Below are positions 23,340 through 35,819 of a stretch of DNA of 64,000 nucleotides, piece by piece. The notes beneath the pieces were generated by a model. That model was not told the DNA's origin. It saw nothing but the letters and a program-made list of their open reading frames with translations, and made no database searches. Source of the stretch: Setoptus koraiensis (lineage: Eukaryota; Animalia; Arthropoda); NCBI GenBank assembly GCA_048013815.1, contig CM106586.1, forward strand, positions 12,462,001 through 12,526,000. The letters are read 5' to 3'. The position numbers and the translations under genes are program-made. Numbering within the stretch: the first letter of the stretch is position 1; every line of letters begins with the position of its first letter.

Positions 23340-23940
23340 TGGTGGTGTTGATGGTTGGCTAGATAGAGAGACAGATAATATTGAAAGAGAAAGAGGGAAA
23401 GAACAGGAGAATTTAGGACAAGTTTCTCCCTTCTATGGCCGTTGCTGCAATTTGCTTTTTTACATTGTCCTGTTGAATAAATCATCGTCAGTCGAGAAGC
23501 AAGATAGAGAGGGAGCAACATTGTCAGCGGCCTGCTCAATCCATTCCAAACTCACCAAGTCAACGATAGCCAAGAGAGACAGAGCAATAAAATAAAGGTG
23601 ATACCTGTTGATTTGTGTAGATCGTTAACCGATTAAGTCTGATAGTTCTGATAGTTCCTTCCAATAGACATACATGCAAGCGAGCGAGCGAGCCAACTAG
23701 CTAACTGACTAACTAACTTCATAACTCACTAACTATCTAGCTAATTTTTTCCTCTCCGTTTGTTTTACTACTGGTTTGTGTCGAAACCACTATGGAAACA
23801 GAGACTGAGAGCATCTACCACGAAACTGGTTGCAAATTGACGGTTTGTCTACCTCTGCCTTACAGAAATTAAGTCCGAAATTTTCTCAGTCAGCTCCAAT
23901 CAACTTGATCTTGGCCATCACAATCTTCCCATCCGGCAAT
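23340..23940 (+). repeat. Non-coding duplicated element, copy 1
   Basis: Shares long blocks with 25205-25715, for example TGTCCTGTTGAATAAATCATCGTCAGTCGAGAA, CTGACTAACTAACTTCATAACTCACTAAC, GAAACTGGTTGCAAATTGACGGTT and AATCAACTTGATCTTGGCCA. Indels are not multiples of 3. Confidence 0.85.
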
Positions 23941-24009
23941 ATCATACACATACACACATGCCATGGTTTGTATCATGCACATGTACCATCAAATTTCTAT
24001 CGTCAACAC

Positions 24010-24640
24010 CACTAAGTGATAAGTTACAATAAAGTTTGTCAATTGATTGATGTGTCTCCAAAAACGACAATTTATCGAGGATGGCCAAAGTGCCTGGTGC
24101 TAGTCTAGCTATCTAAGATGGTACATGGTGTGTAAGAATAGTGAAGGGCTAGAATTTTCGGACACAGTATCTTCGTTTCAGAAAAAAAAGAGTGTCTGCG
24201 TTATCAGTCTACTCACAGTTTTCGGTGGGTAGCAAAAACCAGATTTGTATGTTGCAGCGGCTCAGTATGTTTGTGGACACTGATTTCCAGATATACTTTC
24301 TGTATGTATTCGTGATAAAATTCTCATTTTCCATCGGCTACCATTTTTTTGAGGATGGATGAAAAATTAGAAAATCGGAAATGCCATTTTCTGGATGTTA
24401 AGCGAAGTAGCCGCTTTCGCGGTCATAGAAATTTTCAGATAATTTATCGATCATCCTGATGATAGTATTCGCAGTGGTGTGCGGAAGAAAACTTTTGTCT
24501 GGCCCATCGAAAAGAACGGATCAAAGGAAAGAAAAACAATTCAACGGCAACAAGTGCACGCAAAAATCAAACTAGCCTCACGACACCCCCGATTTGGAGA
24601 GCTATCAACAATTGAGTACCCATTGGATCATTGAGTGTGC
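24010..24640 (+). pseudogene. Degenerate ELOVL fragment, a paralogue of exons 3-4 of the gene at 29688-31481
   Basis: Colinear nucleotide matches to the intact gene: AGTTTGTCAATT..GTCTCCAA.AACG, GAGGAT.GCCAAAGTG, AA.GG.TAGA.TT..GGACAC, GGTGGG.AG...AGATTTGTA and CGGATCAAA.GAAAGAAAAACAAT...AAAATCAAACTA. It has frameshifts and an internal deletion. Confidence 0.85.
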
Positions 24641-25204
24641 TCAAAATCTTCATCGTTCACTATTGAAAATACTCTACTGGCAGATTAGTTGCTCTCTCTC
24701 ACTCTCTCAGGATCATAATTCGGCATTCTAGCAGAACCAAACCCAATGAATACTAGTATATTTGCAGTGTTTTCATACACATATGGCTGGCTCACTGTCC
24801 TATCCATTACTAGTAGATATTGTCTTTTGCTTGGAAGTACTGTTCAGCGACACAAAAGCTTGTTAAGGCAGTAAGACATGAAGATTAATTGTTCGCAACT
24901 GCCACAAAGACTATTTCTCCAATAACCCAAATTCTACTAGCTTTCATATATTCACTTCGTGATAACAAGAAACAATAGTAATGAGCTCAGTATTTGTTTG
25001 CCGCAAGACATTTTTGTGTAGGTTCCCTCTATAGCTCTTTTATGTTCTATAGTTGTGTTGAAATAATTAGAGGTGATATCCATATGCAGAAAGGACAATT
25101 ATGTATGTATTATATAAATATAGTAGCTACCAACAATCAATTGTCAAGCAGCAAATACTTTATATATTGCCCGCTTTGTCCGAACTGTGTTAAATAGAGC
25201 ACAT

Positions 25205-25715
25205 TTTCTGGAGTTGATCGAAGAAGCTTGGCCGATGTACGAATGATATTGAAAGAGAGAAAAGGCAAAAGAATTCGAGGAAAAGGTTTGTCTCTCCTAT
25301 GGCCGCTAATTGCTCTACAGTGTCCTGTTGAATAAATCATCGTCAGTCGAGAAAGCAATACAGAGAGGGAGCTACATTGTCGGTTGCCCAATCTAGAATT
25401 TAACTCAACGATAGCCAAGTCCGTTAGTTATCCAGCTAGCTCACTGACTAACTAACTTCATAACTCACTAACCATCTCGCTAATTTTTACCTCTCCGTTT
25501 GTTTGACTACTGGTCTGTGTCGAAACCACTTTGAAAAAAAAAAAAGAAAGAGAGAGAGAGAGAGAGAGTGAGCATCAACTACGAAACTGGTTGCAAATTG
25601 ACGGTTCATCTACCTTTGCAATACAGAGTTTGAGTCAGGCACACAGAGTCTGAGATTTTTTCAGTCAACTCTAATCAACTTGATCTTGGCCAGCGTGCTC
25701 TTCCTATGGGCCTAT
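25205..25715 (+). repeat. Non-coding duplicated element, copy 2
   Basis: Direct-orientation paralogue of 23340-23940, with an (AG)n expansion at about 25545-25570. Confidence 0.85.
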
Positions 25716-26699
25716 ATAAATTATATATATATATACACATATAAATATATCAATATCTCAATGCGGCCATTACTTCGTTGTTTGCTGTGTGTCTGTCATT
25801 TCGAGAGCACCTTCCATGAACTTGTGTCCATTCTCAAAAGAAGGATAAATTGAAATTCCTTTGCTAGTTAGTATGTTTGACTTGATATCTGCCACAGCTA
25901 GCAGGAATTTCATCAACATTCGATCATTAAACTAGCCGAGAAATTAGATAGACTGGCGACATTCAAAACATTGCAGAGTCACTGGTTCACTTATTCAATT
26001 TTATCTGAGCTGATTAGAGGGCGTTTGCCAACAGAAACACGTTATGTCGCAAACGTGAGCTCCTGGCAAACTCGTCAAATGTCTAGCTGACTGGCATTCT
26101 CAGACTGGTCTACTCTAATTTTGGCAAGACGCGCGCACACAATCTAAATAAATTCACAATCTGAATTTGTCTTAATGTATAAATTCAAGATTCAAGCAGG
26201 GCAACAGTTAACTAAGGTCACGATCAACATTCATATAATATAGATTAATTGAAAACAACAACGACATTGCGATGTCAACCTGTTGAGCAAGCTCAAAGTT
26301 ATACGAGATGTAGAAGAAGGGGAGCGGGTTGGGGGATGCACTAATTTTATCTCAACTTGATTCTCGTAATCTAATCATTACAAAGTAGGCAACCGTCATG
26401 ATGGTCACATGACTCTTGCACGGGGTCTGATTTTTGCTAATTATTTGCTTGACTCTGTAACTAACTGTGTGCATAATGTTGTTAGTGAAAGCGCTTTGGA
26501 ATATTATCATCATTTTAAGTGATGGTCGCGTGCAACTAAACTCAACGTTAGTGCCGTTCCGGTAAACGACTTAAGCCAGTTCTTAGCAGTTACACGGCAG
26601 ATATACCTAGGTATAACTGTTTGTTGAGTGCCAGTGAACTGTTAGCGAGCGAAATGTCTATAATATAAGCGTTAGCTGTTAGCAATGCTGTAAGGGATA

Positions 26700-29200
26700 A
26701 TAATCAATCAGGGAGAGAGAGAGAGAGAGAGGTAACAACATCCTGCAGGTACAAGCAAATGCTAAGGATAATAGCTGGCTTATTAATTCAACTATCAGTG
26801 ATCACGGACCTACGTAACAGATTAACATTTAAAATGGCAGCTCTTGGGCATTCTAACTGGTACCAGTTGTTGTTTGTCTATTCAGTAGTATGGCGAGATG
26901 GACAAACATGAAATGATCTGGTATAGGGTTAATAATCAATGTAGCAACAGCAAGTGATACAATCACGCCATCCGTTGTAACACGTTTGGCAAGCCGGTTG
27001 GGCACAAACAGACGACGCATTGACAGTGGGCCAGCTGATATATATATATTTATATATTTATATCAGTATCAATTTGGCCGATTCGTTATTAATATTATCA
27101 GCCAGTCAGCCGGTCGGCCAGTCACTCAAGCAGCCAGTTAGCCAGTTAGCCGGCCGGCCGGCCTGCCAGCTAGCCAGCAAACCAACAGCAAACCAACAAC
27201 AACAACAGCAAAGGCACAATAATAATAATAATTAAGCTTCGTCATGTTTGCCCCGTGAGCGTTTGTTTGATCAGGTACAGCAACCACTAGGTGGTGGCTG
27301 GCTGGCAATACCTGATCTAGCCACAGCTGTTGATGATGATCAGGCTAACAGGTGATATCCTTCGACTCAGCTGGCCCACTCCTATACCTGTTGTTGTTGT
27401 TGTTATTGCTGTTATTGTTGTTATTGTTACTTTACAACAACAAACAACATTGACGTTGTTGTTGTTGTTGTTGTTGTCTCTGCTGAATATGATGGCTAAA
27501 CAGAACAAACTAATAAGGTTGATTGCGCGTTGAGGCGCGAGCATTATGCAGTGCATTAGTGGCGGTGGTGGCCACGGCTGCGACTGTACCAGTGGCTTTA
27601 GTGGCTAGATAGGATAGAAGTGAGCTAAGCAATGGAGAAAGTTGATTATCATCTTCTAATTCTCGCTGGTTCACACTACGCCACTTGCCATGCCATTTAT
27701 ACATACCTTATATAAATATATATATATATATTTATATTATAATAGTGCTATTCTTACGTAAGATTGCGAGTGTATCACACTCAAACTCGCACAACACACG
27801 GCACAATTAGTCTGACTGACTAGCTGGTTGGCTGGCTGGTTGGTTTGCTGGCTGGCTGGCTGGCAAGTCGTAGTTTCGACAAAGTGAAAGCTAACTAAAC
27901 TAAAATGTTGTTTGTTGCCAGTGAGCCTGCTTTGCATTGATTTAGATGGCTTGGCTTCGCTAGCGAGCCAGCGGTTGGATGGCTAGCTGGTCTGTTTAGG
28001 CCCGACGATGGTGACGTTTGTAGGCGCCTGCCAGATAGTACGCGCGAGCAACTCCTTACTTTTGGAAATTTCACCCAACAACTCCTTACTGGCTCAATAT
28101 TCGCTAGTCACCTGTCGACTCAACTGGCTCTGGCTCTGGCTAGAAGCCTGTAGCGAGCTTCTAGCCATCGAGCGAGCTTGTGTTTGTGTGAGCGAGCGGG
28201 AGAGAGTGCCGTCAATAATTACTATTACTGCTATTATTATTAGCTTCATTATATTATTGATCACAATCATTTGAAAGTTATAAACTAAGCCAGCAGAGCT
28301 AGTTAGTGGGGATCATGGTGATGTTATTCTGCTAAGATGTAATGCATGAGTATCGTCGTCATAACAACCAGAGCAAGTGGTGGTAGTGAAGATGACAAAG
28401 GCGAATTGTGTGTCTGTCTAGTTAGAGAGTAGTTCCAGTTGCGTGGAATGGATACAAGATAAGAGGATAGGAAAAGAACTACTACCACTTCTGCATGTTT
28501 ATCCGTTCTTCTCGTAACTTTCATCGCTTTTCGCTGGCTTGTTCGCTCATTTTCGGTCGCAGCTAGACTCAACCGCTCCCCCCCCCGCGCTTCCCAAACT
28601 GTAGCCAGCCAATAAAGTCACTTACTCACCTTGCTGTCCTACACCTGACTATTCACCTGAGTAAGTGTGTTTAACTTTGCTGCCTGACAGCCAGGAAGGC
28701 AGGCTGTTGCTTGGCCAAGTTCAAGCCGCCGATAGTCAGCTAGCCTAGATGGTGTTTGTCGATATTTCGTCGTCTTACGCGTTCTCTTGCTCTGGCAATG
28801 TCTTGTTCCAGTTGTGTTTGTCTAATCATCCAAGTTAATTGACTGCCTATATCTCTTGATGGTTGTCCTCTTCTTCTTCTTCGTTGTTGCTCCATCATCA
28901 TCATCGCCATCATCATCGCCATCACTTTCATCACCAGCACCATCATCGCTATTGCCGTCACGATCGCCACCAGTCTTCCATCTTCTTCTTAAACTCTCTA
29001 TATTTTAGCTCTCTCTCTCTCTCTAACTCACAACTTTCTCTCTGTCTGTCTCGCGCCTCGCTAATATATTGTCGCTTCAAGTTTAGTTTCTTTTACTGTT
29101 TGTGATGATGCCTCTCTCATCACAAACCCATCATCACGACAACAATAACAACAACAACAACAACAACAACCAATACAACGGCAACAACAGAATTGAGCGA
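26700..29200. repeat. Microsatellite-rich non-coding tract ((AG)n, (CAA)n, (GCCA)n, (CAT)n, (TA)n)
   Basis: Simple repeats are visible throughout. The ORFs here are translations of those repeats. Confidence 0.7.
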
Positions 29201-29687
29201 CATCCAATAACGCTATCCTAAGAACAACAACTCAATAATAGTTGCGCTATTTGTTTGTGCACAACTATTCCACAAAATTGTGTCTTTTTTGCTCAATGAA
29301 TTGAAACAAATCGAATTGTCAAATCAATTTTTTGTTTTCTTCTAAATTTTACACTTCTCAGTGTGCCTTAGTGTGCCTTCTTGTGCGACTAGACAAACAT
29401 CTAGGTTAAATATCAATTTAGTCGGCGCCAAAAACCAACCGTCGACATTTTTTGTTATTTTCACCAACTTTGCACCATTTATCAACAGGTTGACACAAAT
29501 ATATGTATATATACATATATTTATATATATATAACTATAGTTATACGAGCGATCGATACAACTACAAATAGATTATTAGTGATAATTAACAGCGAAACAA
29601 TCCAAAAAACATTGAGTGACTAGTTCTAAGTAACAGTAGTGAACAATAGAAACATCAGAACCAATAAGCCAACAATCAACACTCAAG

Positions 29688-31481
29688 ATGGATACGCTCA
29701 TCGGTGATTCCGGTGTGAGAGTTGCCGAAATCTTCACCTCGCCCGTCAAATCAGTATTTTCTATTTATAATTGGATATTCTCCCATGCAGGTGAGCTAAT
29801 GAGAACAAATGAACAAGAGAAGGCCAACACAATCAAAAGAAAACATTTGCTGTTGACTGAAATTCTTTAAGAAATTGTACACAAATGTATCGATTTGCTG
29901 TGTGGTGTTTTCAACATGGATTGATATGTTCTGTTCGTTATTAACTCGGTGAATGTTTCTTCGTTACGTTCTATTACCAACGGTTTTATATAGATCCCAG
30001 AGTCGACGACTGGCCTCTTATGGGTAGCCCTTTCCCAACTGTTGCAATATTTATGACCTACCTATTAATAACGAGACATGCTCCAGCTTACATGGCCAAC
30101 AGACAACCCTTCAAATTGAAATATCCACTAATCTTCTATAACATGGGAATTACCTTCTTCAACTTATGGATGGTATTAGAGGCAAGTGTTCAGTTTGATC
30201 ATCGCGACACAAAAATCTCTATCGCAGCCATTACTCTAGACTTAGCTACTCTCCAATCGAAAGACCCGAACGAGGTCACTAACTGAGTGTTCCAATCATG
30301 CAATTATGATTTCCACTTGGAACCTCTAGAACAAAAAATTAGTTCAAACTCTGGCGCCACGCAAATGAGCAAAGCGCCAAAAAGTTAGATCTCTGCTGCT
30401 TCGGCCGATATGAATTGAGAATACTTTTTTATTGTCTTCACTAGCTTGACACTTGAATAACTTTCAAAAAATATCCTCTCTTATGATTCCTCTTATGTGT
30501 CTATATCCACACACTTACCATCCGACTTATTTTCGTGGCCATCGATAAAATGCAAAAAAAAAATAATCGCGTGAAAAACAATTTACGAATGAAATGCAAC
30601 TTCGGATAATGGATTGATCGTAAATAATGCTCTTCATTGAATACAGTTGATGTACTGTGCCTACATGAGAAGTTATAATTTAGTTTGTCAATTAGTGGAT
30701 GTCTCCAACAACGAATACGAACTGAGGATAGCCAAAGTGGTCTGGTGGTATTACATTAGTAAAGGATTAGAGTTCATGGACACAATGTTTTTCATTCTGA
30801 GGAAGAAAGAAAATCAAATGTCCTTCCTCCATCTGTACCATCACTCTACCATGTTTTGCGTTTGGTGGGCAGGAGCTAGATTTGTACCCGGTGGTTCTGT
30901 ATTGGCAGCCGTGGCAGTTAATTGTTTTGTCCACGTACTAATGTACTCCTACTACGCATTGGCGGCCTTGGGACCTCATATACAAAAATATTTGTGGTGG
31001 AAAAAATACCTAACAATGATCCAATTGGCTCAGTTCGCTGCCGGTGTTACAGCAGGAATTTATCTCATTGTATCAGGTTGTCAATTTACAAGATGGATGC
31101 AATATGTGTTCGTGTGTTACGCTTTCTCTTTCATACTATTATTTGGCAACTTCTATCAACATGCTTACTTGCTCAAAGGCGACGGAAGAGTAAGTGCTAA
31201 ATCATCATTCATTTTACCTTTTTCATCTCTCCTCTGTCATTTTCTAGTTTCCAATGCTAACAATAAATTTGACGTTTGCACTATTTTAAAATTTTTCCTC
31301 GCAGAGACCGGATCAAAAGAAAGAAAAACAATCCATCAAACAACAAGTGAACACAAAATCAAACTACTCTAACGGTGTGAGCAACGGTTATGCTAAGACC
31401 AGCGAATTGAAGAATGGTCAACAATTGACCCATAGGACTAATGGATGTGCCCAGAATGGTCAAACCCCTAAGCTTGTTTAA
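29688..31481 (+). CDS. ELOVL4: Very-long-chain fatty acid elongase (ELOVL4-like), 4 exons: 29688-29790, 29994-30181, 30647-31189, 31305-31481
   Basis: DPRVDDWPLMGSP, KGLEFMDTMFFILRKK, His box FLHLYHH, NCFVHVLMYSYY, WWKKYLTMIQL.QF, LFGNFY and an NGVSNG tail. Intron 2 uses a GC donor. The subfamily number is tentative. Confidence 0.92.
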
Positions 31482-32547
31482 ATGTACACTATGCCTGTAG
31501 ACAGAGCGAAACTATCGAAATCATTATGAATATATAGATAAATTGTCTATATTGCATCACACAATATTAATGAGAAGAATGATATCAGAGAGAAGCAGTG
31601 GTGATGATATTGCAATGATATATCTTATTAAAGGACTCAACCTATGTTATATATATATATACATCTCTCTCTCTCTATCTATGGACACCAGCCTTGTAAG
31701 ATTTCGTACATCGAAGATAATAGCACTATATAAATATATATATATATAGACAACTAGATAAACAACAACAACATATCTTCAAACACAATTACACTAGAAA
31801 GCAATTGCACTAGACAATTAAGAGAAAACACTGACAAAAATGCAACAACCAACACCAACAAATGAACACACAAGTATAGACTATTATTACTAGTGGTAGA
31901 CTGAATAAATCAATTGGCCCACTAAGATGATAAACGTTCAAGCAAAAAAGTTACTAGAATAAACGAAAATTATCAAATATTCTTATAAAACTAATTCACC
32001 TGAAGCTCAAGTTTTGTGTAGTTGAGAATCTAGTGATATCTAATTGTAGTAAAAATGATAATAAAACAAATAAAACAACAATTATACAACTGAGATACGA
32101 TTAAAAGACATCTCTAACTTTTCCTAGAAGGTCAAGTTTCGCCTGGTTGCTGATGGATAGACGTCGATAGACATTATCTGATTACTGTTTCCGCCGAGGA
32201 AAAAAACAACATCAAATAGTCCTCTTCCGTTATAGTCGATAACTGTCAGAAATTGAAATGAATGTTCGAAGATTATCATATAGGCTCGACTGGAACCGGG
32301 GCGATGCTATGGTGCAGTTAATTCGTTTGTTACTGTGACTGGTTAGTTTTTTTATTGTCTTTCTTTGGGAACTTTCTTTCGTTAATCTCACATTACAGTT
32401 AGTTGACAATATTCAATAATAATAATTTGGCCAAGTATTAATCAATATAAGTCGTATCAATTATGTAGTTCACTGATGCTTGTTTTTCAGTTAAAGTTTC
32501 AATATTATAATATAACAAAAGTCTGTTCTCACACTATCTATGGCAAA

Positions 32548-34436
32548 CTAAACGTCAGATGAAACACTATTGGCAACGTGCTGGTTTCTCTTCTTATAGA
32601 TTTCATTGAAATCCAAACGAAATCTCAAAAATTTAAGATTTAAATCATGGTGTTTGGATAGGGAAGACAAAAAATGCTGGATGCCATTTTGATATCGTGC
32701 AGCTAAGGCTTGGAGTTTCCTCTCGAATGTCATCAGAGTATTAGCTTCAAATTCTCTCCTTCTATCCATCTCCAGTTTCATGTCAAACGTGCTATTAACA
32801 TTGGTTTTGGCATTTTTGCTTACCCTTGCTTCTAACTCTCCATCTATTTTCTTCCACAAACTGGTCATAAGATGTTTAAATTGTAATATACACTGGAATA
32901 ATTCAATTAGTTGTCTGTTCAAAGCTTGAGACTGGTGATCGCTCTGTGTGTGACACAAAGCGCCTGATTTAGTCTTACGCAGAAATGTGTCATGGGCCGC
33001 GATTAGATCATCGACATCGCGAGCATCAGCGGTAGCTTGCTCCAATTCGGCCCAGGAACACTCTATCACTTCAAACATTACGAAATGTGCGAAGTGTTGC
33101 ATGAAGTGCATCATTTCCGATAGTAATATGTTGGCCTTGTGAAATATCGGACTGACCAAAGGTAAATCATCGGCTTTCTTAGAATAGAACATTTGCGAAG
33201 ACCACAAAGACATGAGGACGTGCTCAATTCGCTTAGAGCGCCATAATTGTTGAAATAGCTCGACGTAATCGCTTATTCTGTCTGTAGTAAATATGTTACT
33301 AATTGGACCATCAACTCTGTACACCAATATGAACAGATCCCATCCACAATCATTAGATGATTGGGCGTTGAGTAATTTACAATCCAATCTGTTTGTTACA
33401 TCTGGATCGTCAAATTTGGCATTCGTCGATTGTATGGCACTTTCTAAAACGGCTGGTATAGATAGAGAATTACATTCATTTGCTGGCTTATCCAATTCCT
33501 TTTCTAACAGATCCATGAGATGTCTGATAAAATCACCTTGACCTAAGAGTAGGTATTGGCGCAATCCACGAAAATGTGACATTAACTTGTAGTTTTCAAA
33601 CAAAACTTTAAGCGCCTTCTGACTAACCTCCTTATAGGCCGTATTAAGTAGATGTTGAAATTCATTCTCTTCGCCACAACTAAGTATGCCTTGGGTCTTA
33701 AATAGGGACTCAATGCTAGTTGATTCGAATGACTTCTTGAGATCATCATATCCGGGTACTGATGAAGTCACATCCTCATCAATATCGCGTCTAAGTAAGT
33801 ATATGGCTTTCCCTGTAGCAAGTATCTTGGTTGCTTGCTGTCTAGATATAAAACCTGGCATCATGGAATCTTCAATACAATATTTCATTTCTGTTGATGC
33901 AGACATGGGATCAACTCTGATAAAGAACTCCCCGAATGGATCTTGGATTTCACCGTGAAATATCCATTGACTGAGCATCTTTTTGATAGGCAATACTACT
34001 TGTCCCATAACTCTAGTAATCATAGCCTTAATCTGTTTATCACCTTCTTGCATAAATCGGTAGACTATACTGGCCAAATGGCCCCCTTTTTGTCCTTTGC
34101 AGCATTCAAGGAGCAATGCCAGGTGTTTAAAACGAAAGAAATGATCTAATAACAAGGCCTGTATCTGGTGCAAATCAACAATAGGTAATAGATTGGACTG
34201 GGAGCCATCATCTGAGCTAGGCCTAGCCTCCATATTACCGTTATAGTTAGAATTGGCACATGTTCTCAAGCAATCGAACGTAGCCGATTGTGTGGGTCCT
34301 CTTGGAATTCCATAAACACTAGAGCTACTGCCCGTGGAACCTCCGTTAAAACCTAAACTAGTGGGTCCATCGAAATTGTTGATATTGTTGATGGCATGGA
34401 GAGCACCATTTGACTGAAAATGGTTGTTGTATGTTA

Positions 34437-34467
<31 letters not shown>

Positions 34468-34923
34468 CTGCTGTTGCTGTTGTTGGATGACATTTTTTTG
34501 TAATAAACGTTCAATTTGAGAAATAAGGGAATAATAATCGAGCAGTTCTTCATTTAAGGCGGCAGCGAGGCTATGGGCCACGCGGCCATGTATTTGATCT
34601 TTCGTGATGTAATTAATATAATTCTTGATTTTGTACACAAGCCAGCCAGTGTTGGTGAGCTTCTCTAAGAGCATTCGTTGCGTCGGGTGCACTGATTGTA
34701 CGTAACTGGGTGTAATGAGGAATCTGCCATTGTTGGTGTGATCCTGGCGAATAATTTTCCCGTTGAGGCCCTGACAGGCGAACACAACCTCTCTAAGAAG
34801 GTCATCTTCTGTGACATGAGGAGGCGGCGGTTGCTGTTGTAGATGCGGCTGTTGTTGTTGTTGTTGTTGCTGCTGCACCACAACAGTTCCATCTGGTCTG
34901 TCTCGCTTCAGCATGGTGGCCAT
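32548..34923 (-). CDS. TUBGCP3: Gamma-tubulin complex component 3, single exon, N-terminally shortened
   Basis: GRIP1 start (TEDDLLREVVFACQGLNGK), GQVVLPIKKMLSQWIFHGEIQDPFGEFFI, RQYLLLGQGDFIRHLMDLL, GWDLFILVYRVDGP and FLRFRLDFNE. Confidence 0.92.
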
Positions 34924-35819
34924 ATTGAGTGTCTGTGGCGTTGAATCTGTACTTTTATAGTGAGTTTCGACAAATTGTTAACAGGTGCTTACAATGACAT
35001 AATCTCCTAATTATCTGTCGAGACAGAATTCAAATCAGTGCAGAAGTTTCCAGAAATTAGAGCTAGGTTCGTATGTGAATATCGAGCATGAATCGATATG
35101 GACATTCATTCCGTCATGAGAGTTGGTTCAATAAGGCAATTTGTTTCCAATGTCCAATATAAAGAATACTCATGTGTTCATGAATTATGTTTGACCTACC
35201 GAACAGATCCAAAAGAGCCTTGACCAAACTAATTCTTGTTCGAGGAATAGATTAGAAACAAAAGAAAGGATTGCCAATTCTACATATAAGAAACCCTCCT
35301 AAGCCCAGTGGTCTTATTTGCGCCACCAAACTGAGCTAAGAACAGTGGCGAAACAGGATGCCTTCTAAGTTAAGTTATTTCGGTAGTTCAAGTTACCCGA
35401 CAATATTTTCATCAAAATGTGTATTGTTATAATGACAACTTTCTTGATTACATTTTGAAGTTTAATAAAGTAATAGCTAAATTTGGTCGGGCAACACCGC
35501 TCATTCTATGTATCTGTTCGATGCATACCAAAGAATCTTCGTATGAAAATGCCTCTTCATGTCCTTCTCCATGGATTGAACCAACTCATCAACAGTCCAA
35601 GTGTCTATCCCAATGTATGAAATGATCAACTTCGACTTGATGATAGTTCTTGAATTTAGATCAGGGCTTCACTGTTTACTATTGTAGAAGGATTTATGTC
35701 CGAATCATTTCTACTGGTTTTGTTTTTGGACTGGATTGATTGTTTTCGGTTGTCAGGCGTACAGGTGAGTCCCCGATAGAGCTTTCATTGTCTTCAATGT
35801 CATAATGGGTGATGATAGT

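Noticed and set aside
23270-25418. ORFs 23270-23539 and 25137-25418 sharing SRLTMIYSTG
   Set aside because: The similarity comes from the duplicated DNA. Indels between copies are not multiples of three, so conservation is not at the protein level.
27020-29105. Numerous 60-90 aa ORFs in the microsatellite-rich tract
   Set aside because: They are translations of simple repeats. No tarsal-less LDPTGxY motif or conserved miRNA was spotted.
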